IMG/VR virus record: IMGVR_UViG_3300033067_000858
Coordinates: 1-27,966 of that record
Direction: 5' to 3' (one strand)
Length of the DNA: 27,966 nt
DNA from: a virus
Lineage: Duplodnaviria; Caudoviricetes
Below are positions 6,171 to 14,484 of the stretch, piece by piece. Every line of letters begins with the position of its first letter. Position 1 is the stretch's first letter. The notes under the pieces are model-generated. The model searched no databases, was not told the DNA's origin, and saw only the letters and a list, made by a program, of their open reading frames with translations. The translations under genes and the position numbers were made by a program.

Positions 6171-6406
6171 AAACGCTATCCCCATTCCTCGCCTACCCGG
6201 GCGAACGGCGCGTCACCGTCGATGGCATCGAAGTGACCTACGAATACGAACCGGCCGACCGTGACACGGGCCTGCCGGAGGTGTACCTCCTGGCGGCCGT
6301 CAATATCGGCGGGCGCTGGTTCTCGTATGACGCCTTCGCCGAAGACTTCTGGATTGCGCTGGAGGATGCCATTCCGGCCGCCATCGAAGAGGGGAACGAG
6401 CCTTGA
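6167..6406 (+). CDS. Acidic phage hypothetical protein
   Basis: VTYEYEPADRDTGL..; coupled overlaps. Confidence 0.7.
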   Translation: MKTLSPFLAYPGERRVTVDGIEVTYEYEPADRDTGLPEVYLLAAVNIGGRWFSYDAFAEDFWIALEDAIPAAIEEGNEP

Positions 6407-6870
6407 CCTGGAACCTGCATGCAATGCGCGACCTGAACCGCGCCGACCCCTTGGGCGAACTCGGCCCGCGCGTCGAGCGCAAGCCCGAGCCGCCGCCTGC
6501 CGAGCCTGATCCGGTTGGCATCATCACCGATGCCGATGGCAAGATGCGGACGAACCTGCCGCTGCCTGGCGATCTTGGCGTGCCGGTGTGGCCGTTCCCG
6601 TCGAAGCCTATCGACGATGGATGCGAAGGGCTGCCGGCGGAATTCCTCCCTGTTCCTGGTGGCGGGACGACGCTGTACAAGTTGCCGCCGATCAAGGTTG
6701 GAGATCGCGTGCGGGCAATCAGCGACTACTGGTCTTCTGATGTGCGCAGCCGCGAATACGTTATCGACAATCTGTCCGAAGAGTGGCTAACAGCCGGCGA
6801 TGTGACTGGCATGCGCCCAATCATCATTGTCTATATCGACAGCGAGGGCGATCTGTGGGAGCGCGCATGA
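6403..6870 (+). CDS. Pro-rich hypothetical protein
   Basis: 155 aa; GAGGGG RBS; IKVGDRVR SH3-like C-terminal segment. Confidence 0.6.
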   Translation: MTWNLHAMRDLNRADPLGELGPRVERKPEPPPAEPDPVGIITDADGKMRTNLPLPGDLGVPVWPFPSKPIDDGCEGLPAEFLPVPGGGTTLYKLPPIKVGDRVRAISDYWSSDVRSREYVIDNLSEEWLTAGDVTGMRPIIIVYIDSEGDLWERA

Positions 6871-7217
6871 GCGGCCACGACATCGCGGACAAGCCGCACG
6901 AGACGACGCATGAGATGGTTTGGGACATGGGAGATACCGCGCACATGGCCGGAGAAGGCAGGAAACCCCTGCCGCCCTCTCATGTGCATCGCGAGCACAT
7001 CACGGCAAGCGTCGATGGCAGCCTGCGCGGTATCCCTCATGTCTCAGAGTGCCGCGGCTCGTGCGGTCAGAAGCCGCCGTGCAGCAACTGCGCCGACGTG
7101 CGCATACCCGTGCAGTGGACGCGCTGGCCGAACGTCAAGCCGCGCGAGGTGCCGGCGACCGAGCGGCGGCAGGGGCCGCGGGTGAGCCGGTTCAACGATT
7201 TGGAGCAGACGCGATGA
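6867..7217 (+). CDS. Hypothetical protein with Cys cluster
   Basis: ATGA overlaps at both ends. Confidence 0.55.
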   Translation: MSGHDIADKPHETTHEMVWDMGDTAHMAGEGRKPLPPSHVHREHITASVDGSLRGIPHVSECRGSCGQKPPCSNCADVRIPVQWTRWPNVKPREVPATERRQGPRVSRFNDLEQTR

Positions 7218-7486
7218 ACCTCAGCGCGCGAATCATGAACCTGGCAGCAAAGCCGAGCGGCCTAGAGGACTCGGCGGCGCACATATACCGCATCGGCTAC
7301 CGCGACGCCCGCCACGCAGCCGCAGATCTTGCGGCAGAGGCAGACGCGATCCGCGATGAGCTGGTAGCGGCGCTGGAGTCCGCGCGCATCAGCCTAGGTG
7401 CGCTCTACATGCGCGACCCGGTTGCGATCGGACCGACCATCACCGGCATTGACGCAGCCCTTGCCAGCGCGAGATTACAAAAATGA
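7214..7486 (+). CDS. Helical hypothetical protein
   Basis: MNLSARIMNL...YRIGYRDARHAAA; ATGA overlaps. Confidence 0.7.
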   Translation: MNLSARIMNLAAKPSGLEDSAAHIYRIGYRDARHAAADLAAEADAIRDELVAALESARISLGALYMRDPVAIGPTITGIDAALASARLQK

Positions 7487-7713
7487 CCCGCAACCTCGAA
7501 ATTGCAAAGGTCTACCTGCGCACCCGCATGCGCAAAGAGCGCCCCGAGCTGCTCCCGATGCTGGCCGACGTGCTCGCGCTGGTGGAGCTTGCCACGCGCA
7601 AGCCTGAGCCAATCACGGTGCCGAGGTTGTCTCGGCCATTCGCGCCTACCGAGTTCGCCGGCCGGTCTGTGCGAGGGGATACGCTGCCGGCTACGCTGAT
7701 GGGGCCGCTATGA
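7483..7713 (+). CDS. Hypothetical protein
   Basis: 76 aa, coupled overlaps. Confidence 0.65.
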   Translation: MTRNLEIAKVYLRTRMRKERPELLPMLADVLALVELATRKPEPITVPRLSRPFAPTEFAGRSVRGDTLPATLMGPL

Positions 7714-7817
7714 GCCCGATCTCCTGGCTCGTCGAATTCTTCCGCGGCGCGCACCCGGCCGAGCTGCTGGCGCTTGGTGTCGCCGTCTTCTGGTCGCTGT
7801 CGCTGATGTTCGGGTAA
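7710..7817 (+). CDS. 35-aa membrane peptide (not in ORF track)
   Basis: MSPISWLVEFFRGAHPAELLALGVAVFWSLSLMFG; ATGA overlap. Confidence 0.55.
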   Translation: MSPISWLVEFFRGAHPAELLALGVAVFWSLSLMFG

Positions 7818-7824
7818 ACACCGA
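7810..7824 (+). promoter_or_regulatory. 15-bp motif copy 4 (TCGGGTAAACACCGA)
   Basis: Compensatory arm changes; upstream of AGGAG RBS and ATG 7876. Confidence 0.5.
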
Positions 7825-7875
7825 TTCACACATGGCACCCAGCGGCGCACACTTGCTCATCACTCAGGAGCGCCC

Positions 7876-8055
7876 ATGGACCACGTAGGCTACGAATCCG
7901 CCCAATCCGAGCTGTCCGCAGCTTGGCGCGAGTCCGATCACGGTCCGCTGGAGCAGATGCACCGTGATGTTGAGCCAGCGGCATGGTTTGCCGCTGGCGT
8001 CATCCTAATCTCGATTGTCGCGGCCGTTAGTTTGGTCGCGTGGAGGTTTGCGTGA
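7876..8055 (+). CDS. 59-aa protein with C-terminal TM helix (not in ORF track)
   Basis: AGGAG RBS; MDHVGYESAQ...WFAAGVILISIVAAVSLVAWRFA. Confidence 0.65.
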   Translation: MDHVGYESAQSELSAAWRESDHGPLEQMHRDVEPAAWFAAGVILISIVAAVSLVAWRFA

Positions 8056-8270
8056 CCCCATACATCCCCGCCGGCTGCGATCAACAAGGCCGCCAGCGCA
8101 GCGGGTGCCGCGCAGACTTTCGTGACACCTCGCCGTACTTCGTGCATCGCGCGCCGGCATCCCCGGCCATCTGGGGGCCTGACAACGTAGGCAGGTTCTA
8201 CCGGCCCGAGCCCACACGTACGATTGCCGAGCGCGTGCGCGACTTCTTCAAGCATGCGTGGCACGGATGA
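8052..8270 (+). CDS. Hypothetical protein
   Basis: GTGA overlap; IPAGCDQQGR motif. Confidence 0.55.
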   Translation: MTPYIPAGCDQQGRQRSGCRADFRDTSPYFVHRAPASPAIWGPDNVGRFYRPEPTRTIAERVRDFFKHAWHG

Positions 8271-8327
8271 GCAAGAGCAACCCCATGCACCACGGCCCGG
8301 AGCCTGGTGCGGACTACTGGAGAGACG

Positions 8328-8975
8328 ATGACAGAACCGACCGGGCTTGCACTTCTCAGGCAGCCTTTCCCGCCACATCAGATCAGCTACCTGCCCAAGG
8401 GCGGCGTAAAGCTGGCCTACGTGGGCCACGCAGCGCTGACGGATCGGCTGCTGGACGCAGATCCGAACTGGACGTGGGAGCCGCTGGCGATCAACAAGGA
8501 ATCCGGCCTGCCAGTCATTGACGAGATGGGCGGGCTTTGGATTCGCCTGACAGTGTGTGGAGTAACCCGCCTTGGCTACGGTGATGCGGGCGAGAAGTCG
8601 GGCCCGAACGCCATCAAGGAAGCCATCGGCGACGCGCTGCGCAACGCCGCCATGCGATTCGGCGCCGCGCTGGACCTGTGGCACAAAGGCGACCTACACA
8701 AGGACGAGGACGAGCCGAAGTCGCAAGGCGCCGCTCAGAACGGCACAGAGGCCAACCGGCAAGCGCTGGGCGGGCTCCAGCCGGAGACGCAGGATGCCCT
8801 GCGCCGCGCCGTGCCGGCCATCGTTGCCGCCGCGAAGGAAAGCCCGACGCAGGCCAAGTTTCTGGCCGAGAGCACAGCGGCAGAGATCGAGCACGACGAC
8901 CCAAATATCATCCGCATGGCGCTATGGGCGCTGCTTGATTCCAAGACTCGCGCCGCGATCAAGGCCGCGAAGTGA
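8328..8975 (+). CDS. Rad52/Sak-like single-strand annealing protein
   Basis: LAYVGHAALTDRL...W...IRLTVCGVTRLGYGD...KEAIGDALRNAAMRFG; GGAG RBS. Confidence 0.8.
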   Translation: MTEPTGLALLRQPFPPHQISYLPKGGVKLAYVGHAALTDRLLDADPNWTWEPLAINKESGLPVIDEMGGLWIRLTVCGVTRLGYGDAGEKSGPNAIKEAIGDALRNAAMRFGAALDLWHKGDLHKDEDEPKSQGAAQNGTEANRQALGGLQPETQDALRRAVPAIVAAAKESPTQAKFLAESTAAEIEHDDPNIIRMALWALLDSKTRAAIKAAK

Positions 8976-9229
8976 ACTCTCGCCTATCGCCCGCCGCTCG
9001 CGCCCATCTGGCTCGAGTCAAAGAGCTGCAATGCAGCGTCTGCGACGCTGCCGGCCCGAGTGACGCGCACCACATACGGCAGGGGCTGCACTTCACCTGC
9101 ATCGCCCTGTGCAAAGAGTGCCACCAGGGGCCGACGATGGGGTGGCATGGTCAGCGCCGGGCGTGGGCGGTTCGCAAGATGGACGAACTTGACGCGCTAG
9201 ACGTGACGCTATGGAGGCTGCACCGATGA
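8972..9229 (+). CDS. Ref/DUF968-like HNH nuclease
   Basis: CSVC...DAHHIR...IALCKECHQG..GWH. Confidence 0.75.
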   Translation: MNSRLSPAARAHLARVKELQCSVCDAAGPSDAHHIRQGLHFTCIALCKECHQGPTMGWHGQRRAWAVRKMDELDALDVTLWRLHR

Positions 9230-9612
9230 GGCGCTTCTATCTTCGTCACGAGCAAGCCCGCCGCAACGCAATCAGCGAGGTAGCGCGCGCCCCGGATGGA
9301 TACTGCGTCACCGTGTCAGAGCCGTCGCGTTCGCTGGACCAGAATGCCGCACAGTGGCCTATTCTTGAGGCATTCAGCGCGCAGCTCGAATGGCCTGTTA
9401 ACGGCAAGATGGTCAAGCTGACGCCCGAAGAGTGGAAGGACATCCTAACCGCCGCGTTCAAGGGTGAACGCGTGCGGCTGGCGCAGGGACTTGATGGCGG
9501 AATCGTCATGCTCGGGCTGCGCACAAGCAAGATGACGAAGAAGACCTTCAGCGAGTGGCTGGAATTCCTACACGCCACTGCGGCCGCGCGTGGCGTGGAC
9601 GTTTACGCATGA
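9226..9612 (+). CDS. ninB: NinB (lambda Orf-like) recombination protein
   Basis: RSLDQNA..W...W..G.KL..EEWKDI...GLRTSKM....FSEWLEF signature. Confidence 0.88.
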   Translation: MRRFYLRHEQARRNAISEVARAPDGYCVTVSEPSRSLDQNAAQWPILEAFSAQLEWPVNGKMVKLTPEEWKDILTAAFKGERVRLAQGLDGGIVMLGLRTSKMTKKTFSEWLEFLHATAAARGVDVYA

Positions 9613-9842
9613 GCATCGTTCGCATCGACATCCCCGAGAGCCACACACACGGATGGCAGGCGCGCGCCTACGTCACCAAGACGCACAAGCTCACGCGGTT
9701 CATCAGCGGCAGCCGCCATGGCAAAGCTCGAGGATGGCACACGGCGCTATGGCACGAGCACCGGCTCAAGGCCAAGGCGCGTCGTCTTCGGCTACTACAG
9801 CAACCATTCGGGCCACTCCGCCTTCGACCTGGGTCGCCCTAA
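9609..9842 (+). CDS. Basic AP2-like DNA-binding protein
   Basis: IVRID....HGWQAR...TRF.S...HG pattern. Confidence 0.5.
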   Translation: MSIVRIDIPESHTHGWQARAYVTKTHKLTRFISGSRHGKARGWHTALWHEHRLKAKARRLRLLQQPFGPLRLRPGSP

Positions 9843-9978
9843 GCTCGCAGTGCGTCCGGTCGCCAAGGATAAGCATGTGATGCCGCGCATGTGGCGGTCC
9901 ATAGCTGACGATGGCGCCCACGATGTCCCCGGGCTCCGGGTCGCCATGAAATTCACGCTCACCGGGCAAGAATTTCAT
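9766..9978 (-). CDS. Hypothetical protein
   Basis: ATG 9978 overlapping upstream TGA, AAGGA RBS. Confidence 0.55.
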   Translation of the reverse strand: MKFLPGEREFHGDPEPGDIVGAIVSYGPPHARHHMLILGDRTHCELRATQVEGGVARMVAVVAEDDAPWP

Positions 9979-10253
9979 GTGTCCTTCACCTTGCGGAAGT
10001 GGGCGGCCGGGATGTCTCCGCGCTGGCCGTCGAGGAACGAAACCATGATCCAGCCGGGCACTGCAACCCAGCATCCACGGATTGTCTTCTCGCCTCGCTG
10101 ATACACGGCAAGTCTTGCGGAGTCCTCGCACGGCCCTGCCTCATCGTGCAGGGTGACGAATGCGCCCTCGGTGTCTGGGCCGGCAATCAGGATAGGAGCC
10201 GGGAGTGCAGCCACAGGGGCCACAAGTGCAGCGATAGCGAGAACGGCGCGCAT
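9975..10253 (-). CDS. Small secreted protein with two Cys
   Basis: Signal peptide MRAVLAIAALVAPVAA; AGGAG RBS. Confidence 0.7.
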   Translation of the reverse strand: MRAVLAIAALVAPVAALPAPILIAGPDTEGAFVTLHDEAGPCEDSARLAVYQRGEKTIRGCWVAVPGWIMVSFLDGQRGDIPAAHFRKVKDT

Positions 10254-10265
10254 GGCGTCTCCTGT

Positions 10266-11243
10266 CTAGACCTGGACTATCTGCCCCCGAAAGTCCACGG
10301 ATGAATCATCGACCACGCGGACTATCTCCGGGGTCAACAGGGCGCCTTTGTGATAGGTGAGAACCGCAAACCCGGAACGATGGTTCTTCGGGTTGTCCTC
10401 GGAGTAGTCAACGAACTGGTCACCGTTCGGGTCCGCCAGTGTTCCCGTATCCACGCCCCAGCGCGTGCCGGCGTAGTCTGTGAACGGGGTTACCTTGAGC
10501 GAGTGCAGGTGCCCGGTGACGATGGTCTTTCCGGACCAAAGAGTGTTGTTGTGGGTGGCGTGAATCCCGCCCTTGAATCGGTGCTTGATCACGGTGCAGC
10601 CGTTGACGAACAGGGACCAGCACGGCGCCCACTTGGGAAACTTGTCCTTGAGGTGGAACCCGTTCAATCCCTCGAACTCCGGCGCCACCTGGGCCAGACG
10701 CGTCTCGAAGCGCGCGTCATGGTTCCCCAGCGGCCAGTAAAGACGGGCCTTGCCGGCGCTATCTTCAATCTCCGTCAGGCGCTCGGTGCAAGCCTTGATC
10801 TCCTCTTTGACGCTCGGTTTTGAGTCCCAGCCGATGCGCGGATAGCGGGAAATTGATGCGCCATCGAACGCATCCCCGTTGCACACGATTGCCGCTGGCT
10901 TCATGTTCTCCGCGAACAGAAGTAGCGCCCGGAAGGCTGCGGAGCGGATGCCAGGCCAGAAGTGCGCATCCGAGAACACCAGAACCGTGCCGTTGCGTAT
11001 CTCGGCGTGAAGGCGCGGCTTGTGCTCTCTCGGGGATAGCGCCGCGTAGCGCAGGGCCATGTCTGGGCGCTTGGTGTCCGCCGACAGCCCCAGGGCCACC
11101 CCTAGGCGCTGCTCTATTCTCCGGCGCCTGCGCAGGATCTCTCGCACGGTTAGGCCGGTCCTTCTGGACACCTCCGCCGCAGCTCCGCCGCATGCGTGCC
11201 ACAGCTCCACAAACTCAGCTTCTGGCATCGCCGGGCTTGGCAT
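10266..11243 (-). CDS. Calcineurin-like metallophosphoesterase with N-terminal HTH
   Basis: SDAH, NGDAFD, GNHD, GHLH motifs. Confidence 0.9.
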   Translation of the reverse strand: MPSPAMPEAEFVELWHACGGAAAEVSRRTGLTVREILRRRRRIEQRLGVALGLSADTKRPDMALRYAALSPREHKPRLHAEIRNGTVLVFSDAHFWPGIRSAAFRALLLFAENMKPAAIVCNGDAFDGASISRYPRIGWDSKPSVKEEIKACTERLTEIEDSAGKARLYWPLGNHDARFETRLAQVAPEFEGLNGFHLKDKFPKWAPCWSLFVNGCTVIKHRFKGGIHATHNNTLWSGKTIVTGHLHSLKVTPFTDYAGTRWGVDTGTLADPNGDQFVDYSEDNPKNHRSGFAVLTYHKGALLTPEIVRVVDDSSVDFRGQIVQV

Positions 11244-11626
11244 CAGATGTCCCCTAGCAGCCGCTCTAGCTTGTTGATCACGGCATGCTCCGACGCCTGC
11301 AGGTCCTCAGCCAGCGTGCGCGGGTCCTTCGCCGACTCGATCAGCGGGTGCAGCAGGACGTGTAGCAGCTCGTGCAGCGCCGTCGCGGCCAGCGACTCCA
11401 CCGAGACCTTCTCAGCCTTCCAGTTGCGACTGAGGCGGCACCGAACCTGCTTCTGCGGCCAATCCCACTTGTCCATGCATGCTAAAGCTCCAGGCTTTGG
11501 CAGCATTGAGTGCGTGATGCGCCAGTCTTGAAGACCTAGCTTCTCCTGCCAGTGATTGAGCGCGCCCCAGAATATAGCCACGTCCTCGTCGGACAGCATG
11601 TTGTCTGGCGGCTTCGGCGCCTTCAC
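11243..11626 (-). CDS. HExxH zinc-metallopeptidase-like protein
   Basis: WQEKLGLQDWRI...ALHELLHV. Confidence 0.7.
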   Translation of the reverse strand: MKAPKPPDNMLSDEDVAIFWGALNHWQEKLGLQDWRITHSMLPKPGALACMDKWDWPQKQVRCRLSRNWKAEKVSVESLAATALHELLHVLLHPLIESAKDPRTLAEDLQASEHAVINKLERLLGDI

Positions 11627-11988
11627 ATGCCCACCTTGGGTTTGATCGTTCCAGGTTTGGGTCTGTCATCGCCCTCGGGATAGGTCTGCGCGAACAGCGT
11701 CAACATCCGCAGATTGCACATGGCGTGCGCGATGTGCGGCAGCCCGCTCTCTGGATCCACCTCTTCCCCGGCCTGCCACGCGGACAGATGGCGCATGGCG
11801 CACGCGAACGGCACCGACCACGGCATGCCCTTGGCCCAGTTCCAAGCCGCGTACTTCTTGGCCCCGTACATCCAGACGCGGACTTCATCTTCAAGCGTCG
11901 CCAGAGGCAGCAGCGAGAAATCCGGCTTGCCTTCGTTGGATCGCGCGCCAGATCCGCGTTCCGTGCTGTTCACGTCGCCGATTGGCAC
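11623..11988 (-). CDS. DUF5664 / dATP-dGTP diphosphohydrolase-like protein
   Basis: GKPDFSLLP...YGAKKYAAWNWAKG...RHL.AW..GE..DPESGLPHIAHA. Confidence 0.85.
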   Translation of the reverse strand: MPIGDVNSTERGSGARSNEGKPDFSLLPLATLEDEVRVWMYGAKKYAAWNWAKGMPWSVPFACAMRHLSAWQAGEEVDPESGLPHIAHAMCNLRMLTLFAQTYPEGDDRPKPGTIKPKVGM

Positions 11989-12278
11989 AGCTTCTCCACG
12001 GTCGTGATTGCGAGCCCGAGACGGTGCGCAACCTGTAATTCCAGATGAGCGCCCTTGCTGCCCTCCCACCCTTGCAGAAGAGCTAGGGTGTCGCAGTCAC
12101 ACAGGGCCTTGATGTCGGCGCGCAGGCACTGCTCCCACGTCATCGACGTATCGGGGTTCACCTCGGCCGGGCTGACCACATCGAAGCCGCGAGCGCGCAA
12201 CTCAGCGGCGGCGGCATGGAACGCGGGGAAGTTGAAGTCCGCGATGCCTGTCATCGGGCCAGATATGTAGACCTTCAT
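11970..12278 (-). CDS. DUF4406 nucleoside deoxyribosyltransferase-like protein
   Basis: KVYISGPMTG...NFPAF...CD...L.GWEGSKGAHLE. Confidence 0.88.
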   Translation of the reverse strand: MKVYISGPMTGIADFNFPAFHAAAAELRARGFDVVSPAEVNPDTSMTWEQCLRADIKALCDCDTLALLQGWEGSKGAHLELQVAHRLGLAITTVEKLCQSAT

Positions 12279-12541
12279 GGCCCCCTCATCACATCGGCGA
12301 CGGTCTTAGCGATCCCGTACAAGCCGACAAGAGCCCCGAAAGCCGCAGACACAACCGCGAGGCAGACAATCCCCGGCACCGCAGCGATGCCGACCATTAA
12401 CAGCTTGGTCGCCTTGCCCACGCCCTTAGTGTAGGGCAGCGGATAATCGACGACTGGCGCGCTAGGTATTGCGGCGCCGTGCAGTATTGCGCGCCTAATC
12501 GAGAACTTACATGCTACGGGCGATATTCGTCATTTATCGCG

Positions 12542-12949
12542 CTAGGGCGATGCTTGACAGCCGGCTAGTCGCGCGTCAAGCCTTCCAGCGACTCCCTCGC
12601 CCTCTTCAAGTAGTCGCGCACTCTCTGCGACCAAGCCTGATAAAACGCGGATTCGCTCTGCGTCGTGCTCGCTGGCTTGCTCACTGGCGCGGACACGGGA
12701 GGCGAGGTCGCGCACCCTGTCAGCATCCACGCGAGCAGCGGCGGCAGTAGCGCGCGCCTCGGCCAACTTGCGCTCGGTGAGTTGCGAAGCCTCATCAGCA
12801 CGCTCGATTTGCCTAGCTTTTGCAACACTGGCGGCCCTTTCGCGCTCAAGGTCTGCGCGCACCGCGGAGTAGTCCCGCACCTTCCACCCGCTGGCGAAGC
12901 ATGCGCCGGCCACGGCCAGCGCAGCGCCGAGCTTTAGGTAGGCGATCAA
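12542..12949 (-). CDS. Rz-like inner-membrane spanin
   Basis: N-terminal TM then coiled coil, C-terminal Cys; downstream of endolysin. Confidence 0.7.
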   Translation of the reverse strand: MIAYLKLGAALAVAGACFASGWKVRDYSAVRADLERERAASVAKARQIERADEASQLTERKLAEARATAAAARVDADRVRDLASRVRASEQASEHDAERIRVLSGLVAESARLLEEGEGVAGRLDARLAGCQASP

Positions 12950-13071
12950 CCATAGCTCCCGACGTGCCCGCGCTCCAGGTCCTCATCTGCCGCGATCTGC
13001 GCCAGCACTGGCGCGAGGTAGTCTGACGCGAGCCAGGCAAGGAAGGCGGCTAGAGAGTCTGCCGGGACCAT
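12946..13071 (-). CDS. Small hypothetical protein
   Basis: MVPADSLAAFLAWL...; start codon lies inside the 30-bp palindrome. Confidence 0.4.
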   Translation of the reverse strand: MVPADSLAAFLAWLASDYLAPVLAQIAADEDLERGHVGSYG

Positions 13072-13095
13072 TTTCGTGAAGTCACGAAAATGGTC
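13066..13095. repeat. Perfect inverted repeat, 14-bp arms
   Basis: GACCATTTTCGTGA-ag-TCACGAAAATGGTC. Confidence 0.9.
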
Positions 13096-13264
13096 AACCG
13101 CGCCGCTTGTCATCGAACTCTTTGGCCGCAGACTCCACCGCCGCCAGCTCATCGGCGCGGTTGCGGCTCAGCCAGCGATAACCGAGAGCGCCAGCGACGA
13201 ACATCACGACGCCGAACAACAGGGTGAACAGGCCCGAAGCCTGCTGGGGGTTGAAGCATTCCAT
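13094..13264 (-). CDS. 56-aa single-TM protein (not in ORF track)
   Basis: AGGAG RBS; MECFNPQQASGLFTLLFGVVMFVAGALGYRWL... Confidence 0.65.
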   Translation of the reverse strand: MECFNPQQASGLFTLLFGVVMFVAGALGYRWLSRNRADELAAVESAAKEFDDKRRG

Positions 13265-13273
13265 GATCTCTCC

Positions 13274-13753
13274 TTATGGGTAGCTAGCTCGCGCCAGCTC
13301 AAAATGGGGGCCGTCAACTAGAGACTTAGTGCCGGCCGCGCGACATCTCGCAGTGTACGCCGCCACCGCTTGGGCGATAGCGTCCTCGGTTTGACCTAGC
13401 GCAGTCAGCGGTTCCCAGCATCCGCCCCACACAACAGGGATCTGCGTCCGCACCACGGCATCACGCATCGCCAGCGCCAGCCGGTAGTAAAGCTCCAACT
13501 TCCACTGCACGCGCCCGGGGCCGCCGATAGTGGCCGCGAGGTCAACCGCATGGCCGGTCAGGTGCCGACTGTTCATCGTCAGGCTCGCGCCGCTGGCGAA
13601 AAGCTCCTTCTGCCGCGCCATCGTGCGCTTCCCCTCGGTCACGGAGAAGGACACGCCGTCTAGCGGGGTCATCGCATACGCCTCGCGCACCACGCACACG
13701 AGGTCAGGATGCACGCCGGCTAGGCGGGATTCGCTGCGCGGGTCTAGCGTCAC
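13274..13753 (-). CDS. Endolysin, M15 family peptidase
   Basis: L.GVHPDL...EGKRT..RQ...SRHLTGHAVD...WGG.W...DGPHFEL. Confidence 0.92.
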   Translation of the reverse strand: MTLDPRSESRLAGVHPDLVCVVREAYAMTPLDGVSFSVTEGKRTMARQKELFASGASLTMNSRHLTGHAVDLAATIGGPGRVQWKLELYYRLALAMRDAVVRTQIPVVWGGCWEPLTALGQTEDAIAQAVAAYTARCRAAGTKSLVDGPHFELARASYP

Positions 13754-13983
13754 TTTGTCGTCACCTCGAAGTCTAGCGGCTCGGTTTCCGCCCGCAGCCG
13801 CACCAGCCCCACAGACACGCGGCGGATGCACCGATCCACCACGTCTACGGCAAGCATGTTTGGTTGCTCGCGGTTCAAGTAGAACGCGCGCAGCTCCCGC
13901 AGCGGCATGAGCACTGACACCACCTCCTGCACCGTCAGCAAATCCTCGGCCGATGGTTTGTGCAGCGGGGCTAGGCCTGCCAT
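13750..13983 (-). CDS. Hypothetical protein in lysis module
   Basis: 77 aa, coupled to endolysin by GTGA. Confidence 0.6.
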   Translation of the reverse strand: MAGLAPLHKPSAEDLLTVQEVVSVLMPLRELRAFYLNREQPNMLAVDVVDRCIRRVSVGLVRLRAETEPLDFEVTTK

Positions 13984-13984
13984 G

Positions 13985-14242
13985 CTATGGCTTCTCTTGC
14001 GTGCGCTCGCGCCAGGTCTGGATGCCGCCGATTGTAGCTAGCGTGGTCGTCCCAGACATCAGGATCTCCCACGGCACGATAGGCGGCACCGGCAGACCAT
14101 GCCCAGTGAACGCGGTCACAAGAGTGGTGCCCCACGACAGCAGAGGCCACGCGCAAAGCTGATAGCCGTAGGCGTACAGGATCACGAGGGCAACGCCTCG
14201 TTTCCAGTCTTCAACCGCAAGAGCGGCAAGCATCTTGGTCAT
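13985..14242 (-). CDS. Holin-like membrane protein
   Basis: Two hydrophobic segments, LATIGGIQTWRE tail resembling 3TM holins. Confidence 0.65.
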   Translation of the reverse strand: MTKMLAALAVEDWKRGVALVILYAYGYQLCAWPLLSWGTTLVTAFTGHGLPVPPIVPWEILMSGTTTLATIGGIQTWRERTQEKP

Positions 14243-14481
14243 AGCTTTGCATTGTCGGTAGTGGGCGGCGGATCCTTGCGTGCCAATCTCTCGGCCTCGC
14301 GCTTACTATCCCGGCGCCATTTCCAGATAAGGTATCCGCATTGCAGCCCGATGAACACGATACCGGCTAAGGCCGCCCATTTCTCAATGGACACGCCGAG
14401 CAGCCACGTCGTGATCACCGCCCACGACGGAATCGAGGCCGTGCCTTGTACTAGCGCCTCGTGCTTCGTTTCCGGGTTCAC
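14239..14481 (-). CDS. Holin-like membrane protein
   Basis: LLGVSIEKWAALAGIVFIGLQCGYLIWKWRR, basic tail. Confidence 0.7.
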   Translation of the reverse strand: MNPETKHEALVQGTASIPSWAVITTWLLGVSIEKWAALAGIVFIGLQCGYLIWKWRRDSKREAERLARKDPPPTTDNAKL

Positions 14482-14484
14482 GAC

